Of a DNA stretch of 64,000 nt, positions 25,831-40,255 are shown in pieces. Position numbers and translations under genes: made by a program. Under the pieces are notes generated by a model. That model saw only the letters and a program-made list of their open reading frames with translations, did not search any database and had not been told where the DNA came from. Location: positions 147,436,001-147,500,000 of the forward strand of contig OX597814.1 of NCBI GenBank assembly GCA_951406725.2, read 5' to 3'. Each line of letters starts with the position of its first letter. Positions within the stretch are counted from its first letter, which is position 1. Source of the DNA: Octopus vulgaris. Its lineage: Eukaryota.

Positions 25831-28800
25831 CCGTGAAGGAGAGAGGGGGAGAGAAACGTTGATTGATTTTGTCATATATATGACATATAATCTTGAATAA
25901 TTTTATTAAAAAATATTGGGTATTTGGTTTGCTATATTTTCCATTTGATCTATGCGGTATGAATTTTAGTTTGTCTTTCGTTTTTCCCATGAATTTATTT
26001 CGTTGATGTAGGTTGTAAGGTTGTATTTTGTTCTTGTATTTATTTTTTAATTCCTGAAACATGTGTAATCTAAAGAAAAATGAGTTTTGATAGATGCAAT
26101 TATATAAGAAAATTACGCACAAAAAATATATATGAAGGATGGAGTCAAAGAGTGAGGGGAAATGTCAGGCAGTTTGAAAGAAATGGATTGAAAGCGCAGC
26201 ATGAAGTAAATAGTGAGGGTAATATTTCAACATTAAAGACAAGAAGAAAATCTTAAGGAAATATCTACCCTAATAATCATATATCATTAACATTTTCAAC
26301 TTCATATCGGCTAATTATTCATTGACGTTCTTTGACCTTTCTGTGTTGCTGAAATATCAAATGTAATACATTTCCGGTTACAATTTTCAAGGAAAGCAAA
26401 GCACAGAAAGAAATTCATGTTCAAAGGAATATAGAAAAATATTTCAGATCATAAAATTTCCGACTCTTCATTTAGGTTTCGTTTCACAGGTGAATACAAT
26501 TGTTTCGTCATTTCTTTTCAGAACATGAATTGCATAAATGTGTATGTCTTCTAAATTCTTATATTGTTCCTAGTCAAAACTCAACTAAAATGTCTACTTG
26601 GGAGAAAGACGCTCTCATGCATAACCAATTTCGCCAAACAAAGACATCTGTTCCCATATATGCTAAATAAGTGTAGGATGTTTATCAATATTATAATCTG
26701 ACATTTATAATCTGAAATGCTAATTCCATGCTAAATATTCCCAAGAAAGGAGCGTAATAGACATCAGAAGAAAAAGTATTCTATATATGCACTTTTTGTT
26801 GTTGTTTTTTTTTTGCGGGTGTTAAGCATGGGTGTTTTAGTTTTGGGCTCGAGAGTTGAATGAATATTCTTTCGGGTGTTAGATTTCAACTGTGCCTCAG
26901 TTAAACCCAACTACCAGGCATTTGGTTGTATTTATCTTCGTTTTCACTATTCAAAGCTTTCAGGCAGATCCTAGCTCGGTGGATCTCAAAATGTTCTTCT
27001 ACAATGGAAAGTGAAAACACTATGATGTCCTTTCTCTTTGAGCTGTAAAATAAATAGAACCCAATATATATTATCTGGTGTTTTACAGATTCTTTTGATA
27101 TAGTCTATAAAAATATTTTCTTACTAAAGCGTACGGCTATTTTTCTTGAAGTAATAATTGGTCTTTATCTACCCAATCACCTGATTGCTTCGATTTAGTA
27201 TTGGTACTGATCCAGTTAGAATAAAAAATACTCACTCAGTGGATGAAATCCAGCATGCCAACAAATTACAATGAATTCACGAGGGAACAGAAGCATCAGG
27301 TGTCAAAATTAGAATAGTAAAGTCTCATATTTATCTAAATATACATATGAGATTTTGCATTATTCAAAGTAGCTTTTCCTTTCTTAAGAAGGCGCTATGT
27401 AATATAAGAGATATCAGCTGCTGTTTTTAATAAAGGAAAAGACTAAGGGTGAAGCGGCTCACACGATGCCAAGATTATGAAAATGTCGACTATGAGGTGA
27501 GTGAAGAGGATGAGGTTGAAAACGATGCCGATGATAACGACGGCGACAGTGATGATAGTTGCAATTATGATAATGATGACGACTAGAACGAAATGTCTCA
27601 CGAATCATCTTGAAGGATTTAGGACGATGATTGAAATTTATTTTTTCTTGAAACTGCAGTAATATTGTCATGATTGAGGAAAAGCCAAATATAAATACTT
27701 TCATATGAAGCAGGATGTGGCTTATTGGCTCGTTTAATCTTCTATCATTTTTATACATTTGTAAATAGTTTCAAAAATTGCCTTTAATTTGGTTTATATA
27801 CAAGCTGCCTGGCGTCAGTTTTCTTTGGATTTAATGTTCCGAATGAAAAATTATATATAATTTGTGTATGTATGTGTCCAAATACGTATATTTGAATGTA
27901 TGCATGTATGTATGTATGTATGTATGTATGTATGTATGTATGTATGTATGTATGTATGTATGTATGTATGTATGTATGTAGGTAGGTATGTATGTATATG
28001 TCTATATATGCATGTCCCCCTATTTGTGACGTCCCTAAGAATTTGCACTGTCTTAATATCCATGTTGGACAGAATGAAAGAAACCTTAGATGGGTGTGTA
28101 TCTGTGTGTTCATCTTCGCATGTATGTATGTTTTTACGTTTGAATGTATGTAAGCATGCACGATTTGATGGATAGAGAGAAAGCGGTACGAGTGTATGTT
28201 AAAGCTTGACTAGTGTTTATTTGAGGAATGTAATATATAAAAGAATAAGTCATAATTATTAAATATACATAAGGGAAATTTATAAAGTATCGAATCCATA
28301 AATACCCTGGCCCAACTCGCATGACGCTTAAGAAAGTATGCATATATACTACAAGGAACGGCCATTCTTCATCTGTGGATGTTCCTTGTATTTAACAAAA
28401 GTAAAAGTAACCTCGAATCCGTTGTATGCAGATTGGATAAAAGAAATATTCGTGATGAGGAAGAAATGACTTGTGAAACTACTGCAAATTTTGTTCGCTC
28501 AGTTCTGCAAAGAAAACTTACTGTTGTGCACAAAGACCAAATATTTAGCCTACGTAAGTACGTAAATAACGAGACGTCTAAGTGGAAGCGGTCTTCTCTG
28601 ATGATGAAAAACAACAACAAACTGATATTATATTTCGCATTCTGTCAGAACCTATTAAGAGGGAATTGTTACGTTATATGAATTCTCCTATTATGCGTGC
28701 ACTCCAAGGAATTTTCTCGTCTTTTAGTCATCTAAAATCAATTGAGTTATAACGTTTATGAAATGAAATTATTACAGTACCACGTGTCCGAATTGTGAAG

Positions 28801-29266
28801 AAATATTTATTTGAGAAAGTTGGAAATTTGTTCTTATAGTAACCTAAAACATAACGATATAATCATACTTAGTGATCTTTTGAGAAAATGCTGTAAGAAT
28901 TTCCTTTTATAACTTGCATTTTATAAACATTGAGACTCAACCTAAGCTAAAAATTGTTCTAATCATTGAATACAAAATAATACCAATGTGAACATGAGTT
29001 CATTTAAGAAAATACATTTTCTCAAAAACAGATACTATTGTTTAGGATGTCTTCATTAATTATAGAGCAATGTTAACTGTTTATAGTTTCGTTACTATGT
29101 AAACATATGACTGAAGATGTGTAAAAAATGAGCGTACTTCTGAAAATATGAAAATTAAAAACAAAATGTGAAAATCCGTTTGAATTTGATTGACAATTTT
29201 TACTGTCATGTCATAATTTTGTTACGTTCGAACTATATATTTATTCTCGCTCTCTCTCCCTCCCCC

Positions 29267-29297
<31 letters not shown>

Positions 29298-29942
29298 AAG
29301 CACAACCACACACACACATATTACCAATGCAAACGGACACACACGTACACACATCATAGACACACAGCACACAGACATGCACACACAGACGCTTCGTTAT
29401 TATGAGCAGGTGATAAATTCATCAATACGCTATTTGGATGCACGCATACTGGCTTTGCCAACAGAATTAGAACCGACGGACTGCCAAAACCAGAGACTGC
29501 AAGAAATCTCCGAGAGAAAACAGAATGTATACATTATTTTAATTACAATGTTTTAATGTATTTTCCACGTACCATTAACATAAAGTATTTTGTATATATT
29601 TATGTCTTATCGGTATGAATTCTGGTTTTCTAACGAAAGGAAAAGCAATTAATACTGATGTAGAATGTATATTTATTAGCAATCAGTAGACACTCTTGCT
29701 CCAGAAGTTCGTGCCACCTCTGTTCAACCAGGTAACTTCCAAATAAATATTACTTTAAGTTTGCTTGTGTGTGAGCACCAGGTGTGAAACTATGTGGAAA
29801 TGGAAGGCATCATCACATTTATTCTTCGTATATAACAAGCAGATGATATATGTGCGTGTACGGTAATACACCGACACTCTCTTTAACAAACACACACATA
29901 TATGTGTATATGCATATATACATACACACACACACACACACA

Positions 29943-29996
<54 letters not shown>

Positions 29997-30028
29997 TGTG
30001 TGTGTATACATAGATATGTGTGTGTGAA

Positions 30029-30320
30029 AGCGCATGGCTTAGTGGTTAAGATGTTGCACTCACGATTGCAAGATCGTGGCTTCGATTCCCAGAACGGGCG
30101 TTGAGTTATCTTCTTGAGCAAAGCACTTCATTTCACGTTACTGTGCGATCATTTCGAAATTCGACATGTGGTACCCATTGCACCCGTGCATGTTATGTCG
30201 ATCAGATTGTGGTATTGAGTTTATGCCTCCACAAATATTTGATCAGAGTAAACATATTATCTGTGTGGTTGTCCGGTACGAAATTTTCGAACGATTATAC
30301 GTCGTCTAACGACGGGTGAG
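30029..30320 (+). mobile_element. tRNA-derived SINE (additional family)
   Basis: GCGCATGGCTTAGTGGTTAAG (A box), GCTTCGATTCCC (B box), then TTGAGCAAAGCACTT (CORE-like). Confidence 0.65.
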
Positions 30321-30343
30321 TCCGTTATTATTATTATTGTTAC

Positions 30344-30414
<71 letters not shown>

Positions 30415-30417
<3 letters not shown>

Positions 30418-30855
30418 GTTTGACTTTTGCTTTATGTCTGTACAAGTTGGCTCCAAGTCTCACCCAGAGACCTCAAGAGACAACAGGTTGGAAGTTCTGT
30501 GCCATATATTTGGGTTTTTTTTTTTGGTGTTGTACTAGTGAATGTCTAATATATAAAAATAAAATAAAAATAAAAAATAAATAAATAAATAAATAAATAA
30601 AAAAGTTTGTTTTAAGCCTTGGGATTACATAGAGATTATTTTGCGTAGGATATGAGCAGTTCCCATGAGCACTATCTTTTGAATTTCTGCCATTTTGGGG
30701 TTTCCTGGTATCTGAGTTAGGTAGCAATCAGTCCCTTTCGCTATCATTCCCAGGGCACCTATGACAACAGGTATTGTTTTAGTCTTCAGCTTCCACATTT
30801 TGCTGATTTCTATTTCAAGATCTTTATATTTGCTCAGTTTTTGGTAGGTCTTGAC

Positions 30856-30858
<3 letters not shown>
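30415..30858 (-). mobile_element. 5'-truncated R4/Dong copy of a different subfamily, flanked by (ATT)n on both sides
   Basis: QKLSKYKDLEIEISKMWKLKTKTIPVVIGALGMI...EIQKIVLMGTAHILRKIISM* is homologous to the RLE C-terminus at 45799-46020. Its 3' UTR is distinct. Confidence 0.9.
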
Positions 30859-30900
<42 letters not shown>

Positions 30901-31179
30901 GTTATTCCTTCGTAACACAGTGTAGGTGAAAATGCACTAGGGTCTTTAGTTATCTGTGAAGTCATAACAAGGACCCCAGACAGATAATACTTTTCTTAAG
31001 ATGTGCGCTGAGCCGAATAATGCTGCTTTTTGCAAGACATCCATCTTGCATGGGATTTCCAGTTGCCATTAGAAGTCTTGAAGCTTATATACATTAACCC
31101 TAGCAAATTTTTCTTTTGGAGCATTATAAAAAATAATAATAATGCAGAAATATATGAAAAATGGATTATCTCAACACCA

Positions 31180-32250
31180 TTAATTCTGTCACGCAAACTA
31201 CAAATCAAAGCACTCCCAGAAGAGCCCGAATAACAAAGACAGCTTAGGGAGAAATTAACACTAGAGAAAAGGAAAACAGAGATTGTGTTACTTAAACTTA
31301 GAGCATGAGAGATGAGACACTGAACTCACTAAACATGCTGATAGACAACTTTTGGAAAGTGTCATAAAACTATGGAAAGACATCAGTGAGTCGGAAGAAA
31401 TAAATTCCCTTCAACGGAGGCAAAACAGTGTTAATTTCTTCCTTAGTTACGAAACTCAGTTTAAAAGAGTAAAAGAGACTACATTCCAGATAACTCCTTT
31501 CTAAAAAAAACTCGAGAACAAATACAACTACAGAAATAAATAAACGCCCAACTAGATCAACCTATAAACAGCTAAAAGAACACAAACACACAAAACTAAC
31601 TTCTCACTTGGAAGTAAACAGTTCTCAATCTAGTAATATTAACAACTCACTAATAAGAAATACTAGAAGCCAACCTAGGGTTAGGAGTAAATATTTCTCC
31701 CTATCAACTAGAAATGTCCAAGGGACTTCCTCTAGGCATCAACGAAGAAACTCAACCTACGGAATTTCAACCAAATTACCCAGACAGCAAAGCCAACTCA
31801 TCTCAAGCATCTCAAGCATAATGAAGCACCCCAACAATTTATTCCAACGAAGAAACTTCCAACCAATTTTCCCAGACAGCAACATCAGCCTCCCAGCAAT
31901 CTTTATATAATTGATACCAATAATAATATTTATAACTTCTAACTACCAAATTACGGTAAACAGTTTTTAGAACGAGTGAATATAAACAGAGACAACGCTT
32001 GGAACAAAACATACAGGAAAACCCAAAGTAATAAATGTATCAAAGAAAACGCTCTCTGCAGAGAAAATCAGTAAACAAGGTAAAGGATTAGAATTTAGCC
32101 CAGCCCCACGAATATCTAACCCGAATGAAGTTAAAGACAATATTTCGGAATTCTGCAGAAAATTTGACTCACAGAAACACTAACTGACTACAAGGCTTAT
32201 GAATCACTGGTTAAAAACAGAAATAATTAACTTCCACCTAAATAGGGAAT
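31180..32250 (+). pseudogene. Possible Penelope-like element ORF N-terminal relic
   Basis: KGLEFSPAP...EVKDNISEFCRKF at ~32082-32165 resembles the KGLxFxPTP...F.R.L motif upstream of PLE RTs. The rest is decayed and the boundaries are uncertain. Confidence 0.45.
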
Positions 32251-32599
32251 TCTGAGACCATACTATGGAATTCGATATGGATTATATTTGTGGTACTCAT
32301 ATGCATTCATGATCTTGCATCTGCTTTTTTGTGGGTATATATAAGTATTTCATTTATTTCATTGGTATTCTCTGCAGACGATGTTAAAAGTTTGGGTTAA
32401 TTCAGAAATTGGTCCGATCCAGAGGTAACTCAAATAAATTTCTGTTAGCTTGCTCCCTCTCTTTTCGACACGTGTGCAATAATAATAGTGTCGCCTTTCA
32501 GTATATAGGCAAGAATGTTTTGAAAGCCCTTAATTTTAATTGTATTTGTGATTTCACCTTAACACATCAATTTTATCTTAATAACTCCGATGCGACTCT

Positions 32600-32830
32600 T
32601 CTCTCTATTATTCTTTCTTTTTTTCTCTCTTCTCCCACTATTCTATCCTTCTCTTTCGTTTACTCCTTTCCTTTCTCTTATTCTTTCACCTCCTTTTCTC
32701 CCACTATTCTATCCTTTTTCGTTTTCTCCCTTCCTTCCTGGTTGTTCTTTTGTCTCCTCTTCTCCAACTATTCTATCCTTCTGCTCTTTCGTTTTCTCCC
32801 TTCGTTTCATTTGCCTCCTCTTCTCCCTCT
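32600..32830. repeat. CT-rich degenerate minisatellite, ~65-bp period, ~3 copies
   Basis: TCTCC(C/A)ACTATTCTATCCTT...TTTCGTTT recurs at ~32631, ~32697 and ~32761. Confidence 0.75.
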
Positions 32831-33387
32831 CTCTCATTTTTCTCTCATATTCTGTCTCCAAATCTGTTATCTGTCAGTCACTCTCTCCCTCACTATTCCT
32901 CCTTTGCTCACGTGGCTCCCACGTGACTATAGGCCATTCTCCTAACTTGTGTTTCTTTCTTCCTGTTTCAGCTGGACAGGGAAGACGTATTGTTCTCTGT
33001 CTCCTGTCCAGACTTGTTTCTTCGCGTTCGCCACCACAACCTCGTTTAGACTTAGCAGCCCTTCCCGTTTGTTTTCACTGTCCTGTTTTTGTCACCAATC
33101 TTGATCCTCCACAACGTCGCAAATTTTATTTAATTTCCTTTGCGAGAGCAACAGTTTTGTCGAAGGCGTATCTTGCCGTGAATTGCTCGAAATACGGACA
33201 ACTGTTGAAGGGTTGTTCCTTGCAATGCTTATCTTGTTTTCCATTTCTTTCTTTCGTTGCTTGCAAACAAGTCCTTATTCCGTGTCCTCGTACTTCGTAT
33301 TTTTTGTTGTTCATGTTTTGTGACGCCCTGTGCCCACATATGCATATGTATATACGTATGCATGTAAGTACTATACGTATTTATATA

Positions 33388-33428
<41 letters not shown>

Positions 33429-33482
33429 TATATTAATATATGATTGAACGCCACGCATCTTTTCCAAGTTATATATATAATT

Positions 33483-35430
33483 ACCTGGAGAAAGGAATCA
33501 TTACTGGTTGCACAATTTCCCCTATCTTTTACATCTTAGGATTGAATCTCTTTATAACAGCTGTTAGCAATGAAACCGAAGGACATAAGGGAATCATGCA
33601 TCAATCAACATCAAAGATGCCCTTTCATAGACGATATTAGAGTGGCAACCGTAACTCTAACGATATTAGAGCGGCAGCCGTAACTCTAACATAATATGCG
33701 GAAGCGAAACCAGCACTGACTTTAGTTGAATGCATGGCAGCCATAGGCTAGAATAAAGGTTAAGCTCAAGTAATCAAGGAATATGGTCATCAAGAGAGGC
33801 ACATTAACAAACTAAATCAAGCTGCAAGTGCAGAGAGAGGCTATTACATCAATAGAGCATATTACAAACAAATGCCTTTGAAAGAGGCTTGATGGTTCAC
33901 TCTCGAAGAGACGCTGTATCACCAAAACTGAGAAGCAGGTAGAGGAATAGCAGGGGATGACTGAAAGATAGATTTCCGGGAAACTTTGAAGCATGGCTCT
34001 ACCAAGAGGGACTGCTTCCGAGACTCATATGGCTATTGACAGTATATTGGATGCCAATGAAAATCGTAGGAACGGTGGAGAGAAAAATAAACAAATGCCT
34101 CCGAATGTGGCTACGTGCCCAACCCACATGAAGCATCACTTCAATAGGCCTGTAAATAAGACATGGACAGCTAACACTCCTCTTGTCGTCCTTGGTGGAG
34201 TAATTCGAAATCCCGAAATGTAGAATTCTAATGATGTACAGACACTCACCGGGTTAGTGTGTCAGATATGCAAGTATTACAACAAGATCCGAGTAGCCAG
34301 TACAACAACTGCACTGGCTGAAAGCATGCTGGAACTACGCAGTATCATTGAAGCTACATACAGAGATCGGTAGGGTCTCGATTCTTCCCATTTCCAACAA
34401 TAGAAGAATGCGAACAGCAATGAAAGGAGGGTCATGATCCATACAGATGTGCGGCACCAGGAAGAAGAAAGGAAACGGTCAAGATCTGTGAACCCGGTAT
34501 CTCAGAGTGTTTAAATGGGGAAAAATGGAACCTCCCCAAGAGGAAAAACACATGTACAGACCTGTGGAAACTGGAACCGTTCCGTGTCTCATTCCTGTTG
34601 CGAGCAGTATATGACATGCTCTCAATGCCAACAGACGTGAACAGATGGGGGTTTGAAGGCGGACCAGCTGTGTAGACTTTGTGGAGAAAGGGACACTCTG
34701 TCATACACCTTGTCAGGATGAAAAATTTCACTTAATGAAGAGAGTGAAGGGAGAACAATTGGTGCCATGACAAGTTGCTTGTAAAAGTCGCTCACAGATT
34801 AGAATGGAAATGACTCAAGAAAGAAACAATATCGGAGGAACAAAACAACAGCAATTAATTTCAAAAGAAGGAGAAATGCCAGTGAGGACAGCAGGGAAGA
34901 CAAATAGCTTACTACATGGATCCCCTTCATGACATTTAAAAGTAGACGTGGGAGACAGGCTGCAGTATACCCAGGTCATCCATAGAATATAGGTCCAGAT
35001 GTGATCTAAAATGACTAAGAAAATAGTAATGATCGAGTTTACAGTCCCATTGAAGACTAGGGTGTGATCAGGTCAACGAATTGAAGCGTGCCAAATGCGA
35101 GAGCGTTCTGTAGAATTGCAAGAATAAAGGACGGTAGTCATGGCATTTTCTAGGCGAGGTTAGCCGAAGGGGATTTCTTTCTCAGTCGGTATGGGGGATG
35201 CTTACATTGAAATGTGAGAAAAGGAGCAAAGGGTAACTGTACGCATGATGAAAGAGGCAGCAGACAGTCTCTTGCCGGTTATGAAGCAAGAGAGAGGAAT
35301 TAAGTTGGAAGCCAGGACGACGTGGGAAGTGTTTTGGTCACTTGCGCTGACCCACTAAAAAAAGGGTGTTACGTGTCAGGGTCGAAAACCTAATGATCGT
35401 TGGATACCACCGTCTGATAACCTCAGTTTC
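33483..35430 (+). mobile_element. Degenerate RLE non-LTR retrotransposon, HERO/NeSL-like, 5'-truncated
   Basis: Broken frames give LEKGIITGCTISP (RT4), FIDDI (RT5), AWLYQEGLLPRLIW, DLWKLEPFRVSFLLRAVYDMLSMP, C.LCG...HTLSG (CCHC relic), WCHDK, PDVI, MIEFTVP and EVSRRGF (RLE), in collinear order. Confidence 0.8.
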
Positions 35431-35510
35431 TCCAGGTCAAACCTCCATCGAGTTTGGTAATTGCAAAAGAAGCAACTTCTTTTAGGTGTTAGCAATATGT
35501 GTGTGCGCGC

Positions 35511-35548
<38 letters not shown>

Positions 35549-35884
35549 GTGTGCGTGTGTGTGCAAGCATGCCCTTCTCTGTGCATGTGTATGTACTTCT
35601 ATTTTGTTTATTACTATTGTTGTATGCATTTCTGCCATGAAGCTGCGGTAATTGCATACCTCCGTTGATTATATATATATATATATAAATATACGCACAC
35701 ATATAGAGAAACAGAAGTGATTAACAGATTGATAGCTACACTTGTATGTGTGTGTACATATGTATCTATATATGTATGTATATATATGTATATATATATG
35801 TATATGTATGTATATATATATGTGTATATATATACATATATATATATATAGACAAACAGATAGATAGATAAATATACATATCTA

Positions 35885-35953
<69 letters not shown>

Positions 35954-36650
35954 TTGCCTATGCGTATGTGTGAAGAAAAGAGTGTAAGAACTAGGAAGCC
36001 AAAATAGACAAGACAAAAAATAGGCAAAACAAAAACAAAAAATGAAAAAAAGAAAAACCTAGAAAAATGTGTGCAAAGTACAGGAATTCAAAGCATGACA
36101 TACTGGGATGGGGGAGCGATAAGAATTATGACCTCTCACATCGTTTGATCTATAAAGACCGGTTCTTTACACCATTTAATATCTCGTCAACTCTCCTCGG
36201 GGACTTTTCAAAGTAGCACGACGATGGTTTTTCTCTTAGAACACTTTGTATATTTAACAGAGTGCATAGGTAACTTAAGCATAAAAATTATAAACTTATA
36301 ACACATGAGGAATGATATTAAATGTCCGCTCATGGTCTATTCCTATGTGTTCTTAAGGTTTCTTCGCGTTATTAAAGTTAGGAAATGTGGGCGCCACAAC
36401 GATTTTTTTCCCGGTTGAATGTACTTTTGATTTAATGTGTGTACGCTGCTAATTCTGTTGTGTACCCATAAATATTTTGTGAAAGAAATCATAATTATAC
36501 GGGAAAAATATAATTCTTCGCTACGGAAATATATGTGTGACTTTTGATACTATTTTGTATCTGTCAATTTGATTATTAAAATGTTTCGCTTTATTGCCAC
36601 CCCACTTTTTCATGTTATATTCATGCAAATGTTTACAATAATGTGTTTAC

Positions 36651-36754
<104 letters not shown>

Positions 36755-36774
36755 CTCTGTCTTACTATCTATCA

Positions 36775-36828
<54 letters not shown>

Positions 36829-36922
36829 GTTGGTCTCTCTCTCTCTCTATGTATATATATATATATATATATATCTAACTATCTAGCTATTTATTTTATC
36901 TGTTTATCTATCTATTTGTCTA

Positions 36923-36965
<43 letters not shown>

Positions 36966-37043
36966 TCAATATAAAATAGTGTACATTTATATATTTATAT
37001 ATATATATCTATTTATATACTTATCTCTCTGTCTATTTATCTA

Positions 37044-37076
<33 letters not shown>

Positions 37077-37077
37077 G

Positions 37078-37122
<45 letters not shown>

Positions 37123-39096
37123 CAACACATGCGCATACACGTGCACTAATATATTTATTTGTAGTTATAAATGCATCCGTGCAAATGCGTTTGTGTTTAT
37201 AAAAGCATGTATGTGCTTTGCTTTTCCCGTTAACTGACAGGAAGAAAAACGTTTAATGGATTTTCCTAAACGCAGAGACACACATGATCTGTAACCATCA
37301 CAAACAAACATTACAAACACACTAATGAAGAAATACGAAAACATACATATACAGTAATATGACATGTTGGCGCCACTTCACATGATACAATAAGCAAAAC
37401 TTGTGGGCTGCAAAAGTCTATCTCATTGGAGATGTTCGCAGATGTGCAGTGAAAATGATCATAAAGTGAACACTGAAAGAAAGAATATGATACGTTAGAG
37501 CGCATGTTATTTAATATGACATTACTTCAAATTATCGCATACTTTACGCAACACAGATGCACCTACACAGTCACTCATATAAGAACAAACCTCTATCCGA
37601 CAAAGATACACATGGTTTAGAAAATTGTCAGTAGAAAGAAGGCATAATATTGTGGTAGGAAGTAGAGTTCCCAACATTTCGGAGAGAAAACATGCGTCGT
37701 GCGTTCAAAGTATGAACTCGGGATGCATACGTGTCAGAATTCAACGAATGTTGTCAGAATTTCAGAAATGCTATTGACAGCGTGTTGATCAGCTTCACCA
37801 GTGTATCTATCATCGCAATGCTTACACAGACACACACACAAACACACAAACACACGCACATAAGCATTGTGATAGTGTATATATATAATGACAGTTTGTG
37901 CGTGTGTTCCTCAGGCATTCTAAAACCGAGTTGCCGATTTTGTCGTATGGGGTATCAACAGATTCAGTAGGCTTTTGGCTACCAACTAAACTATATTTTT
38001 ATTAACATATTTGCATTACAAAAACTTAACATTGTTATTTACTTTTAGTCACCTATCGCAAACGACATTTTATATCACCACCGTAACGACAATGACGTCA
38101 CATTTTCTATATGAGTGTGTTCACGCATTCCTTACCTACGTTAGGCCGATGACTGACAAGTATATGTATGTGACAGTGTATTTATCTGTCAGTGTACATA
38201 TATTTGCGACGACCGACACACACAAGGACAGAGAAAGGCTTCAGGTGTGCGTTAATATGTGTGTGTGTCTTAATTTATATAAGCAAATTTCTCCCGCCCA
38301 AGAGTGAAACGCCCTGAAACGAACAACAGCGTTCACTTTGAAGTACTACCAACATGAAGATTTGGCTGATTTAACACCACTCACATTACTCACTAACATA
38401 TCTGAAAAAAATGTTATTATGGTTATTATAACAAATTCGGAAACTTGTCGAAGTAGAAAGCCTCACCGGCTCTTTCAGTATAATTACAGAAATGTTATTC
38501 CACTCCTTCAAACCAGTTTCACGATAATTTTTTTAACAGTCCTTATATTCTTCCTCCCTGTGAATATCAACATCGTACAACCTGTTTACTGCGCCGTCAG
38601 CATTTGTTCTACAGCCTATAAGGTTACACTGTTAAAAAATATGCATTAATGTCAAATGCATTTATATCTTGCTACATACATCCTTCAGCTAATAGTCTAA
38701 ATTAACGGTACAACAGCGTCTTCCTTTCTTATACACTTGCTTCAGCGTTCGTTTCAAAATTGTAAAATGATTAATTTTGTATGAAAAATTTTGTATGAAA
38801 CATTTTCTTCGACTGTTACTTTCTTCACCGAGATATCAATCGTGAATTTTATAACATTTAGTACATGTTCCAAATAGCTAGGTTGGGCTGCACAATTTTC
38901 AGGTCATATTCACACAATATTTTGATCTGCTTCCAATGTTACACTTTCATTCGATATTTCACGCATACGTAGGATTCTACTGAGACAAACATTTAGGAAA
39001 ATGCACACATAAATATTGTATTAAAATAAGCCACAACCAAAAAAAAAAATTGCATTAAAGATATTTAAGAATTACAGTCACACACACACACGCACA

Positions 39097-39152
<56 letters not shown>

Positions 39153-40144
39153 CTCTCATGCACAGAAAAGATATATGCGAACGTATTTATGGGCGAATGT
39201 AAAGAATACGCACTCCCGGTGTTTAGGGTTACAGTTACGCCAAAACTGGTGGTGTGTGTATTCTTTACCTCCGCTCTATACGTGTATATGAAAGATAATG
39301 TGTGTGTGTATGCGTGTGTGAGAGAAAGAGAGAGAAAACGAGTGAGTGCCAATTATACATGCAAAAAGATTTATACATCACAACACACACCTTCATTCAA
39401 TCACTCTCATTCTCTCTCCCTCTCTCACACACAAACACACACGTTCATTTCATATATACGTATATCTTACACTTTCTCCTCTCTTTTACTTTCTCCTCTC
39501 ACTTCAAAGCGAATGTTGCCTTTTCACTTTATTCTCTATTTCAATTTCTGCTCTTTTTCAAAATATACAGAAATTAAAAGGATTTTACGGAAATTAACGA
39601 ACAATCATATTATTCCATATATGTTAAGTTAACAACTTTGCTTCTTCAAACGAAATAACTTCCTTTGACATACATACACGCACTCTGTGCACTGTGCACG
39701 CGCAGTTTTACAGCTTAAATCCAATTGAAATGATCTTTTTCTATTGTGTAATTTGTGCTTATGATCAGTGAATTTAAAAATCTGATCTTCGATATAAACT
39801 TAAAAGGAAGATTTCCCCGAAATCCTGTCCTTTATCTCTTCTTTCTAGCATGTTTGCTGTGACATTTCCGTCCCATTTATTTATTTCCTAAATAAATAAA
39901 TTTCCGTCTATCAAATTCACTCTCAAGTCTTTAGTAGAGGGCACTTACGAAGGTGCCACGCAGTGGGACTGAAATTGGAACCATGTGGTTGGGAAACAAG
40001 CTACTAACCACACAGCCCCATATATATATATATATATATATATATACCCTCCTTCTTCCCTTCTTTCTTGAGCGTCCAATGATACTTAATTTGTTCCACG
40101 TCCTCGCGTTGTTGTGTTTTTTTTGTGTTTTCTTGTTTGGATTA

Positions 40145-40219
<75 letters not shown>

Positions 40220-40255
40220 GGGGGGGTGATTGTGTATAGAAGAATATATAAATAT

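Noticed and set aside
28379-28681. 100-aa non-repetitive ORF with a candidate exon 28432-28553 (CAG...GTAAGT)
   Set aside because: Weak acceptor, no recognisable domain and no partner exons; consistent with chance.
32409-33447. Long 178-aa and 285-aa ORFs
   Set aside because: They arise from a CT-rich minisatellite depleted of stop codons; the F/S/L-biased sequence shows no domain.
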